NCBI GenBank assembly: GCA_050173015.1
Contig: JBFXLE010000007.1
Span: forward strand, 32,001-96,000
Direction of reading: 5' to 3'
DNA length: 64,000 nucleotides
Origin: Calditrichaceae bacterium
Lineage (GTDB): Bacteria > Calditrichota > Calditrichia > Calditrichales > JBFXGD01
This document shows, piece by piece, positions 49,545 through 58,476 of the stretch. How positions within the stretch are numbered: the stretch's first letter is position 1; the number at the start of each line of letters is the position of its first letter. Position numbers and translations under genes: made by a program. The notes under the pieces are model-generated. The model ran no database searches, was not told the DNA's origin, and was given only the letters and a program-made list of their open reading frames with translations.

Positions 49545-50015
49545 GAAGTAGGAAGTAGGAAGTAAGAAGTAGGAAGTAAGAATTTTAAGAAAAAAGATAA
49601 AAGAAAAAAGAGTAGAGGTGCAGCACACATGGGCCGCCCGGGCATATTCACGACAGGCCACCATACTTGTCATCCTGGAAGGATCTTTTGCTTTCTCGGT
49701 TGATTCTGTGGTAAATCCCAAATTAACTGACGCGATTCTTCGGGGCGAATTTTCTGTTAAAGCTAAAGCATTAACCCTCCCCTCGATCCCCTCCCTTATG
49801 CATAAGGGAGGGGAAGGGCATGATTTATCAGGCCCGGGGTGGGTTAGAAGAAGCTAAAAGTAAGAAAAAGGATAAAAGAAAAAAGAAAAAAGAAAAAAGA
49901 AAAAAGAGTTAAGAGAAAATAGTGTAAGAGTTTTTGATAATACCGTTTTGATGCGTTGTTTTTGCAGTAATGAGTTAATGCATCTCATTCCGATGCTTCA
50001 ATTTTTGAGGGAGAG
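49539..50015. repeat. Composite repeat hotspot
   Basis: Six AAGTA(G/A)G units from the stop codon, degenerate GTAG REP, GTCATCCTGGAAGGATCT, 28-bp perfect palindrome at 49787-49814, (AAAAAAG)n. Confidence 0.85.
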
Positions 50016-50079
50016 TGAAATTTTAAGTTCTTAAAACTCGGCAAAAATGTGATTAAAGAAGAAGGCTAAAACTTAATCA

Positions 50080-50820
50080 ATGAAAGCGATGATATTCGCG
50101 GCGGGACTGGGAACCAGGCTTCACCCGTTAACCGCCGGAAAACCGAAAGCCCTGGTGGAAATTGCCGGGATACCGATGATTGACCGACTGATCCGCCGCT
50201 TAATATATTTTGGCTTCGATGAGCTTATCATCAATGTTCACCATTTTGCCGATCAGATTATTTCCCATATCAAATCAAAAAATGACTATGGAATACGGAT
50301 TGAAATTTCGGTGGAAGATACACTTCTTGATACGGGGGGCGGGCTGCAAAAGGCAGCCTGGTTTTTTGATGACCAACAACCATTTCTGGTCCACAACGTT
50401 GATGTTCTCTCCGATCTTGATTTGAGAAATTTAATGAATCAGCATCAGCAGACCGGCCCTCTCGCCACCCTCGCGGTCAGAGATCGCAAAACATCACGTT
50501 ATCTCCTGTTTGACAAGAATGACCAATTATGCGGGTGGAGATCCATACGGGAACAGAAAACCATCATTACCCGCCAGTCCGGTGAACTGATCCCCCTGTC
50601 ATTTACGGGTATCCAGATACTTGATCCTGAAATCTTAGGTCTAATTAATGAAACTCCTCCTTTTCCGATTATTGAATTATATCTCAGACTCGCGGGACTA
50701 AACAAACATCTTCAGGGCTTCAGGGCTGATCAGTCAAGATGGATTGACCTGGGTAATACCATAAATTTGGAACTTGCCGAAACGTTATTCAAAAATGATT
50801 TCAGGAACGATAAATTCTAA
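50080..50820 (+). CDS. MurU-like nucleotidyltransferase
   Basis: MKAMIFAAGLGTRL.P.T..KPKAL and LLDTGGG. Confidence 0.9.
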   Translation: MKAMIFAAGLGTRLHPLTAGKPKALVEIAGIPMIDRLIRRLIYFGFDELIINVHHFADQIISHIKSKNDYGIRIEISVEDTLLDTGGGLQKAAWFFDDQQPFLVHNVDVLSDLDLRNLMNQHQQTGPLATLAVRDRKTSRYLLFDKNDQLCGWRSIREQKTIITRQSGELIPLSFTGIQILDPEILGLINETPPFPIIELYLRLAGLNKHLQGFRADQSRWIDLGNTINLELAETLFKNDFRNDKF

Positions 50821-51056
50821 TCCTTGCATTTTATATAGAATTCTTTAAGTTTAAACCTAACTATTACAAACATAAAATAATAGTCTAATACTAAATGACA
50901 TTTTAATCTATATATTGCACATTAATTATTTTTGGGGGATTATCTTGCAGGGTAGTGCAGTGACGGTCATCATGGATAATTTATCCATTCAGGGTATATT
51001 AATAAAACAGTTCTCAAATCCGGCACCCGCCGATCATTTAATAAAACAGGATTTGA

Positions 51057-51464
51057 ATGGACTCTCCAGCTGAAAGACGAACACTGCACCGAATTGAAAT
51101 ACCCGGGACAAAAGTGGTGTATAGAAAACCCGGGGGGATTGATTTATTTAACACCTATTCAAAACCTGTTGAATTAATCAATATCTCGAAAGGCGGTATG
51201 TGTATCACTGTTACAGAGTCCTTTGATTTTGGTGATTCTTTGGCCATGAAAGTCTATTTCCCCGACGGTGAAAAATTAAAATTAAAGGGCCAGGTACGGT
51301 GGCAAAAACCTGAATCATCCAATGGTTCATACACGGTGGGAATACAGTTTTTTGCCTTTGGATATCAAAGAAAATACAACGCCGTCAAATCCCTGGATTA
51401 TCTTCGTACCCTCAAAGACCAGTCTGTGTCCGCGGCAAAGCAACAAGTAAATGCTGAGGTCTGA
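51057..51464 (+). CDS. PilZ-domain protein
   Basis: ERRTLHR (RxxxR) and NISKGG (D/NxSxxG). Confidence 0.88.
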   Translation: MDSPAERRTLHRIEIPGTKVVYRKPGGIDLFNTYSKPVELINISKGGMCITVTESFDFGDSLAMKVYFPDGEKLKLKGQVRWQKPESSNGSYTVGIQFFAFGYQRKYNAVKSLDYLRTLKDQSVSAAKQQVNAEV

Positions 51465-51469
51465 CAATC

Positions 51470-52633
51470 CTATTCCCTGCTATCGATTTTATAAATATAA
51501 CCGTCAAACGCGCAAATATATAACATCCCCGCGCTATCCATCCCAAAAGATGAAATATTTAACCTTGAATCGCTCAAAAGCCAGTGATCCTTCACCTTTC
51601 CGTTTTCATACCGAATCGACCAGATTTTTCCCGAAACATAGTCCGCGTACAAATACGCGCCTTTCAGGAAGTATGGTTTCTCATTTGTATAGAAACAACC
51701 GCCGGTAATGGATTGCCCCACATCGTGATTATATTCCAGAATAGGTATCTCCAGACCTGTTGTATCGCAATTTTGCGCCGGATTGTAGCAGGCGGTTCCC
51801 TCCATAATATTCCAGCCGTAATTTTTTCCTTTTTTAACAATATCGATTTCTTCAAGCCGGTTTTGCCCCACATCCGCTGCCCATAGTTCCCCGGTGACAG
51901 GATGAAAGGCAAAACGCCATGGATTTCTTAGACCATAGGCAAATATTTCTTCTCTGTCACCGGCCCGGTTACCCGCAAATGGATTATCGGGCGGAATTGA
52001 ATAATTTCTCTTCTGATCCGATTGATCGACATTGATTCTTAGAATCGATCCCAAAAGAGATTTTTTATTCTGTCCGTTTCCGTATGGATCACCGGCTGCT
52101 CCTCCGTCACCGACGCCGATATACAGATATCCATCGGGACCAAAGAGAACCTGTCCTCCATTATGATTACCAAACGGCTGATCAAACTCCAGGATAATTT
52201 TTTCGCTCCCGTGATCTGCTTTACGCGGATCCGTTTTGTCCGCCGTATATCGCGCGATAACAGTCCGTCGGGGTTTCGCGGCTGTGTAATTGAGATAAAA
52301 GTAGCCATTGGTTTTATACTCAGGGTGAAATGCCAGTCCCAGCAAACCTTCTTCGTTTCCTGAGTCATTTACTTTCTCCGTAATATCCAAAAATAGTTTT
52401 TTTTCACGGATTTCAGGTTGATTTTGAAATACAAATATCCTTCCCGACTGCTCTGCAACAAAAATCCGGTCTGTTCCGTCCGCCGGACTCTGGAAATCAA
52501 CCGGTCGGGTAAACCTTAACTCCGGATACGCTTTTACTATGCGTATCTTTTCAGGAGGGGAAACCGAGCGGTCATCTGCCAGACATCCGGATGAAATATA
52601 CATCGTGAAAATAAGCATCATGTAGGTTCGCAT
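51470..52633 (-). CDS. PQQ-dependent glucose/sorbosone dehydrogenase family protein
   Basis: GLLGLAFHP, NHNGG, GDGG, YGLRNPWR and NYGW. Confidence 0.92.
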   Translation of the reverse strand: MRTYMMLIFTMYISSGCLADDRSVSPPEKIRIVKAYPELRFTRPVDFQSPADGTDRIFVAEQSGRIFVFQNQPEIREKKLFLDITEKVNDSGNEEGLLGLAFHPEYKTNGYFYLNYTAAKPRRTVIARYTADKTDPRKADHGSEKIILEFDQPFGNHNGGQVLFGPDGYLYIGVGDGGAAGDPYGNGQNKKSLLGSILRINVDQSDQKRNYSIPPDNPFAGNRAGDREEIFAYGLRNPWRFAFHPVTGELWAADVGQNRLEEIDIVKKGKNYGWNIMEGTACYNPAQNCDTTGLEIPILEYNHDVGQSITGGCFYTNEKPYFLKGAYLYADYVSGKIWSIRYENGKVKDHWLLSDSRLNISSFGMDSAGMLYICAFDGYIYKIDSRE

Positions 52634-52785
52634 ATCTCAAAAATCTCCTATTATAAAGTCACATTTTGTTTTGTTATTGTATAACTCTTCTATATCTCAA
52701 AGCGTTTGATCGTTAAAAGTTATTTTTCTATATTTAATTAAATCCACATGTATTTATAATTTCACTCTTAATCTGAGAATGATTT

Positions 52786-54024
52786 ATGAAAATTCAACTT
52801 CATTGGCAGATACTTATCGCGCTGATTCTCGGCATTTTGTTCGCTTTCATTTCCAGGATTTTTCATTTTGAGACTTTTGTAATCGATGATGTCTCCATAC
52901 TCGGCACCATCTTTCTTCGCGCCCTGCGTATGATTATAGTGCCGCTCATTGTCTCTTCCATCATCTCCGGAGTAACCAGTATCGGCAGCGCCGAAAACTT
53001 TGGCCGGATGAGTTTGAAAACTTTTACTTACTACATTTCCACCAGTTTGCTGGCTATTCTCACCGGCCTGATATTGGTCAATTTAATTCAACCCGGTGTC
53101 GGGGCGGAGCTGGGATTCGAAAAAATACCCGACGAACTAAGCGCGAATGTCGAAAGACTCGGCGACACGCTCATGGGAATCATACCGACAAATCCCCTGG
53201 CTTCTATGGTCAACGGCGATATCCTGCCAACGATTTTTTTCTCATTATTATTCGGATTTTTTATTACCCGCGCGCCGGAACCGTACAATCAGAAATTAAC
53301 AGATTTTTTTCAGGGTGTTTTTGAAGTTATGATGAAACTTGCTCATTTCATAATCCTTTTTACTCCGATCGGGGTGTTCTCACTCATGGCAAAAATCGTC
53401 GCTCAAACCGGTACTGATGTCTTTCTGCCGCTTGGCGGATATATGATCACGGTTATTCTGGCGCTGTTGATCCACGCGGTAATAACACTTCCGGCGTTAT
53501 TATATTTTATTGGCGGTATCAATCCTCTTTTACACGTAAAAGCAATGTCCGCTGCGCTGATGACCGCATTTTCGACATCATCTTCTTCGGTTACTTTACC
53601 TCTGACCATAGACTGCATCGAAAACAACGCCGGCGCTTCCAATAAAGTGAGCAGTTTTGTTCTCCCGCTGGGCGCTACGATTAATATGGACGGAACCGCT
53701 CTTTACGAATGTGTGGCCGCCATGTTTATCGCTCAGGCTTATGGGATTGAACTGGGATTTACTCAGCAGTTCATTATTGTGTTAACCGCCCTGCTCGCCA
53801 GCATCGGAGCTGCGGGTATCCCGATGGCCGGTTTGGTAATGATGACAATTATCCTCGGCGCCGTCGGCTTGCCGCTGGAGGGTCTTGGTTTAATTCTGGC
53901 CGTGGACCGGGTACTCGATATGATGCGTACTTCTGTAAATGTCTGGAGTGATTCATGCGGAACAATTATAATTGCCAGAAGCGAGGGGGAGCAAAATTTA
54001 AAAGTATCGCGGTCCAATTTTTGA
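52786..54024 (+). CDS. Dicarboxylate/amino acid:cation symporter (DAACS)
   Basis: FSTSSS, GATINMDGTAL and DRVLDMMRTSVNV. Confidence 0.95.
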   Translation: MKIQLHWQILIALILGILFAFISRIFHFETFVIDDVSILGTIFLRALRMIIVPLIVSSIISGVTSIGSAENFGRMSLKTFTYYISTSLLAILTGLILVNLIQPGVGAELGFEKIPDELSANVERLGDTLMGIIPTNPLASMVNGDILPTIFFSLLFGFFITRAPEPYNQKLTDFFQGVFEVMMKLAHFIILFTPIGVFSLMAKIVAQTGTDVFLPLGGYMITVILALLIHAVITLPALLYFIGGINPLLHVKAMSAALMTAFSTSSSSVTLPLTIDCIENNAGASNKVSSFVLPLGATINMDGTALYECVAAMFIAQAYGIELGFTQQFIIVLTALLASIGAAGIPMAGLVMMTIILGAVGLPLEGLGLILAVDRVLDMMRTSVNVWSDSCGTIIIARSEGEQNLKVSRSNF

Positions 54025-54128
54025 ATTCAGTACGTTAATTTAGATTAGTTTTGTTTAATCACTGATTATGCCATCTTCAGACTTTCTCGGCTGAAGTCTC
54101 TGTATCATTTTATCCAAAGGCTGTTTAT

Positions 54129-54839
54129 ATGGAAATTTCTCTTTCATACCGGGACTCTGTAAGTCTGCTCAAAATTCTGAGTGGCCGCCGGGATATTACT
54201 CCCACAATAAATTTAAAAAATAATCTGCTGACATATTTTGATGAAGCGAATGAAAAAATATTTGATTTTCGTCCTCCTCTCCCCTTTCCGCAAATCCAAT
54301 CAGTTAGCGATCCCGCTTATTATTCAGATTTGCAGAATACCCTGCCGCCGCCGTACCTGATTATATTAATTCAGGCCGGTAACAGCGCTCTTGCATATAC
54401 TAAAGAAGGTAAAATCGAAAAACATAAAGTTATAAAAAAATATATGGTCCGAAAAAAACAGGGCAAATCCCAGATATCCTTTTTGAAGACAAAGGGAAAA
54501 TCACGGGCGGGCTCAAGAGTTCGGCTTGCGAATACAGTACTGTTTTTCGAAGAGATTAATGAAAAACTGCTGGAGTGGACAAAGGGGAACGATATCGGGC
54601 GAATCCTTTACAGCTGGCCGGTGTCCATGACGGCGTTAATATTTAATTCAAAAATCAAGCCTCCCTTTGAAAAAAAAGACAGTCGTCTGATAAAGATTCC
54701 GATGGATGTGAATATTCCAAATTTTGCGGAAATCCAGAGGGTTAACCGGTTTGTGATAACCGGAATTCTCAGACAGTACAAAGAAAACTATCTTGTCAAA
54801 GATTTGCTGGGAGAAATTGAAAAGGTCTCACAAATATAA
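54129..54839 (+). CDS. Bacterial VLRF1 (Vms1/ANKZF1-like aeRF1-fold) protein
   Basis: HKVIKKYMVRKKQGKSQ...KSRAGSRVR motif. Confidence 0.8.
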   Translation: MEISLSYRDSVSLLKILSGRRDITPTINLKNNLLTYFDEANEKIFDFRPPLPFPQIQSVSDPAYYSDLQNTLPPPYLIILIQAGNSALAYTKEGKIEKHKVIKKYMVRKKQGKSQISFLKTKGKSRAGSRVRLANTVLFFEEINEKLLEWTKGNDIGRILYSWPVSMTALIFNSKIKPPFEKKDSRLIKIPMDVNIPNFAEIQRVNRFVITGILRQYKENYLVKDLLGEIEKVSQI

Positions 54840-54905
54840 AAAAGGCCGGCCCATCATATTGAGCCGACCGTTGTGGGGGTATTAAGATTTTTGACAATAG
54901 AACCG

Positions 54906-55427
54906 TTAGTTGTTTTTACCGGCTTGTTTCACATTTCCCTTTGGACCCGTGCCGTCACACTCACCGGAGCCTTCCCCTAAACCTTCTCCGCTCTGAATTT
55001 TACCCTGCATTTTACCATACTGGTTCTGCATTCCTGTTCCATCGGCGGGAGGTGTATAATCTTCATCCTGGCCATTTGGTATGCCGTCGCCGTCTGCGTC
55101 CGGAGCGTTGTCATTAAATCCGTCGCCGTCTTCATCGATATAACCACCGACACCATGCCCTCCCCGCGCTTTGGGACCTGTGTAATCTTCATCGATGGCA
55201 TTTGGAATGCCGTCGCCGTCATGATCCGGCGCGTTGTCATTATATCCGTCGCCATTTTCATCGACAAAATTGAATTTGGATTGTACCTGTGTTTTATTTT
55301 GCGTAGCCGTTTTCACTTGATTCTTGTGACGATTCTGATTTTTTACTTCAAGCGAATCCTGTGCGTTGGCTTCAGCAAAAAAGGCAATAAATAGTAAAGC
55401 CATGATAATTCCTGATAAACGTTTCAT
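54906..55427 (-). CDS. Secreted low-complexity protein with Asp-rich Ca-binding-like repeats
   Basis: Signal peptide; two copies of DE(N/D)GDG(Y/F)NDNAPDxDGDGIPNxxDEDYT; GGAGG RBS. Confidence 0.8.
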   Translation of the reverse strand: MKRLSGIIMALLFIAFFAEANAQDSLEVKNQNRHKNQVKTATQNKTQVQSKFNFVDENGDGYNDNAPDHDGDGIPNAIDEDYTGPKARGGHGVGGYIDEDGDGFNDNAPDADGDGIPNGQDEDYTPPADGTGMQNQYGKMQGKIQSGEGLGEGSGECDGTGPKGNVKQAGKNN

Positions 55428-55475
55428 TTTTAATCCTCCGATGATTAATGAATATGTTAATTTATTATCCATTAA

Positions 55476-55491
55476 TGCCAATGCTGTGCCA
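55476..55491 (-). promoter_or_regulatory. sigma54 promoter
   Basis: TGGCACAGCATTGGCA (GG-N10-GC), about 50 nt upstream of ATG 55427. Confidence 0.65.
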
Positions 55492-55642
55492 AAAATTATT
55501 ATATATTGTTTTTATTGTGTTTAGGGGACTTATTATTAAATGTGATAATATAATAATTCGACGAGATGGTAGATAAAAAACAGATTGTGGTCGAATCTTT
55601 CGGAATTTCCCGGCTAAAATGAAGAAGTATTTTGACAAAAAC

Positions 55643-55667
55643 AAAAAAACCCGGCATGGCCGGGTTT
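55643..55667 (-). terminator. rocD terminator
   Basis: AAACCCGGC/GCCGGGTTT stem plus T tract. Confidence 0.8.
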
Positions 55668-55676
55668 CATAAGGGA

Positions 55677-56882
55677 CTATCCTTCAAGCACTTTTTTGAT
55701 ACGATCGAATGCCCAATCGATTTCTTCTTTTTTTATGACCAGAGGCGGGGCAAGGCGAATCACATTTTCATGGGTTTCTTTACACAACAACCCTTCCTTT
55801 TTTAATGCTTCACAGAACGGTCTCGCGCCGCCCGCTTCTTTGTTGAGTTCAATTGCGACGAACAATCCCCTGCCCCGGTATTCCTTTACATGCTTACTCT
55901 TCAAAGTACGCAGTAATTCGAGCAGATAATGACCCAATTCTTCGGACCTGGATGGCAATTTTTCTTCAACAATCACATTCAATGCTTCCCGGGCGATGGC
56001 GCAGGCCAACGGATTGCCGCCAAATGTACTGCCGTGCTGTCCCGGTTCAAACACACTCATTACCTCCTTTTTTCCAACCACGGCAGATACAGGGTAAAAG
56101 CCGCCCGACAATGCTTTACCAATGATAACCAAATCGGGTTTTTCTATATCTTCATGCTGATACGCGAACATTTTCCCCGTTCTTCCCAAACCGGTCTGAA
56201 TTTCATCAGCGACAAACAACACATTATTTTCAGAACAATATTCACTTGCGCCTTTTAAATATCCTGCAGGAGGAATTTTAATACCCGCTTCACCCTGGAT
56301 CGGTTCAAACATGAAGGCAACGGTATTTTTGTTTACCGCTTTTTTAAAAGCGTCCAGATCTCCGTAAGGCACAACTACAAATCCGGGAGTAAAAGGCCCG
56401 AATCCGTCCTTATAATCGTCTTCGGTTGAGAATCCAACAATGGTGGTCGTTCTTCCATGAAAATTATCAGCGCATACGATTATTTCAGCTTTTCCTTCCG
56501 GAACCCCCTTGACCTTATAACCCCATTTTCTTGCCGCCTTTATCGCTGTTTCAACTGCCTCCGCCCCTGAATTCATCGGCAGCACCATGTCCTGTTCACT
56601 TATTTCAGCCAGTTGTTTATAGAAGTAACCAAGCTGATCATTTCTGAACGCTCTGGATGTTAACGTTACTTTTTTTAGCTGCTCCGCCGCAGCCTCCATA
56701 ATCCGCGGGTGACAATGTCCCTGGTTCACAGCTGAATAGGCGCTAAGAAAATCCATATATTTCTTGCCTTCCACATCGGTTACCCAGACTCCTTCTGCTC
56801 TTGAAATAACGATATCAAGCGGATGGTAGTTATGCGCTCCGTATTGTTCCTCAAGCGCTATATAATCTTTGGTTTGCATCAT
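55677..56882 (-). CDS. rocD: Ornithine aminotransferase
   Basis: [37 protein letters not shown] and HGSTFGGNP. Confidence 0.95.
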   Translation of the reverse strand: MMQTKDYIALEEQYGAHNYHPLDIVISRAEGVWVTDVEGKKYMDFLSAYSAVNQGHCHPRIMEAAAEQLKKVTLTSRAFRNDQLGYFYKQLAEISEQDMVLPMNSGAEAVETAIKAARKWGYKVKGVPEGKAEIIVCADNFHGRTTTIVGFSTEDDYKDGFGPFTPGFVVVPYGDLDAFKKAVNKNTVAFMFEPIQGEAGIKIPPAGYLKGASEYCSENNVLFVADEIQTGLGRTGKMFAYQHEDIEKPDLVIIGKALSGGFYPVSAVVGKKEVMSVFEPGQHGSTFGGNPLACAIAREALNVIVEEKLPSRSEELGHYLLELLRTLKSKHVKEYRGRGLFVAIELNKEAGGARPFCEALKKEGLLCKETHENVIRLAPPLVIKKEEIDWAFDRIKKVLEG

Positions 56883-56917
56883 TACTCCTTTATGATTTCC
56901 TTTATTTAATAGATTTA

Positions 56918-57634
56918 TTATGGATTTGACGGTCGTATATCAATTTCACTGACCATTGCCCTTTGCGGCATTTTGATCATGTGTAAAACACTTTCCGCTA
57001 CATCTTCCGGTCTCAGTATGTTGTTTCGCCTGGGTTCAGGCGTATTATTCTCATCATTAAAAAATTCGGTGTCAACACTACCCGGGCAGATTGCCAGAAC
57101 ACGAATTCCGTTTTTGCGTTCTTCAAGCATCAGACACCGGCTGAAGCCTATAACCGCGTGTTTCGTCGCCGCGTATCCCCCGCCACCGATAAAAGCATTT
57201 CGTCCGGCAAGAGAGGCGATGTTCACAATAACAGACTCTCCTGACTTCCGCAAATATGGAAGAGCTTCTCTCGTCGAAAGAAATAATCCCCGCACATTGA
57301 GATTAAACATCTCGTCCCATTTGTCAGTAGGCATCTCAGCAACACTACTGAAGTATCCCAATCCGGCGTTATTAATCAAAATATCTACTCCACCAAAGGC
57401 ATCAACTGTTTTTTTAACAAAGTTTCTGATGTCATCTTCCCTGCTCATGTCACCGGTATAGTCGATGACGCTTGCTCCTTTATCCTTGAGCATGGCGGAA
57501 GTTTCCGATAAGCTCTTTGCGCCGCGGGCGGAGATGGCGATTTTTGCTCCTTCCTCAGCGAGAGCAAGCGCGATGGATTTTCCGATTCCTTTGCTTGCTC
57601 CTGTAACCAGAGCAATTTTATCTTGAATCTTCAT
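56918..57634 (-). CDS. SDR oxidoreductase
   Basis: [12 protein letters not shown] and YAATK. Confidence 0.93.
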   Translation of the reverse strand: MKIQDKIALVTGASKGIGKSIALALAEEGAKIAISARGAKSLSETSAMLKDKGASVIDYTGDMSREDDIRNFVKKTVDAFGGVDILINNAGLGYFSSVAEMPTDKWDEMFNLNVRGLFLSTREALPYLRKSGESVIVNIASLAGRNAFIGGGGYAATKHAVIGFSRCLMLEERKNGIRVLAICPGSVDTEFFNDENNTPEPRRNNILRPEDVAESVLHMIKMPQRAMVSEIDIRPSNP

Positions 57635-57823
57635 AATTTCCCCCTTCAAATTTATAAATTTAATAAAATTTAATATGGTTTTCTATCAAATTTAACATTA
57701 TTCGACATGACTAAGGTCATTAATGAGGGATATAATTGCTTCTTCCGTCAGGAGATGACGAAAATCAACCAGCAATCTATATCTGACGGCGAATCTGACA
57801 AGTGTATGCTATAAAATATCGGC

Positions 57824-58429
57824 CTACTTAAATTTATCCGGTTTTATAATGCCGCCTGAAACGACCCATTTCATGCCCTCTTCTACGGTAATATTCAGCG
57901 GAATTGTTTTATTCTCCGGAACCATGATAAAGAATCCTGACGTTGGATTTATGGCAGCCAGAACCAGCACATTTAATTTTTTAACCGACTCACCGGGAAA
58001 CATAATTTCGCCATTAACGAACCCTACCGACCAGATCCCCTCACCCGGATATTCCACAAACACAACCCGTTGAAAAGACTGTTTTTCCTTCTTGGAAAAA
58101 GTCTCCATCAGTTGTTTTGACGCGGAATAGACTACTTTTGCAATCGGGATCTTATACATCAATTTTTCTCCCCAGTTCAGGAGCCGCCCAATTAAGATAT
58201 TGCTCGTCAAAAGGCCTATAAACCAGATAAGAATAATTGTGATGACCAGCCCGATTCCAACCGGCCAGAATCCAAGAAATGGTTCTAAAACGGGTCTGAT
58301 AAGATTATCCAGGGAAATAAAAATTGCTTTTATTACAATAAAGGTGATTACCAGAGGCACAACAATAAGCACCCCGGAAATCAGATAACCTTTACTTTTG
58401 CCCTTAATTTTATAATACAGTTTTGTCAT
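57824..58429 (-). CDS. DUF502 membrane protein
   Basis: KIPIAKVVYS, VFVEYP, NPTSGF and VSGG. Confidence 0.88.
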   Translation of the reverse strand: MTKLYYKIKGKSKGYLISGVLIVVPLVITFIVIKAIFISLDNLIRPVLEPFLGFWPVGIGLVITIILIWFIGLLTSNILIGRLLNWGEKLMYKIPIAKVVYSASKQLMETFSKKEKQSFQRVVFVEYPGEGIWSVGFVNGEIMFPGESVKKLNVLVLAAINPTSGFFIMVPENKTIPLNITVEEGMKWVVSGGIIKPDKFK

Positions 58430-58441
58430 TCTATCTCACAT

Positions 58442-58467
58442 AAAAAAAGCCCGGCACTCGGCCGGGC
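58442..58467 (-). terminator. Terminator after the Ig-repeat gene
   Basis: GCCCGGC/GCCGGGC stem plus T7. Confidence 0.8.
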
Positions 58468-58476
58468 ATGGGTTGA

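Noticed and set aside
50930-51056. c-di-GMP riboswitch or sigma54 promoter upstream of pilZ
   Set aside because: No GEMM motif; the GG-N10-GC there lacks TGGC; only an ATGGATAA-T-TTATCCAT palindrome of unknown meaning.
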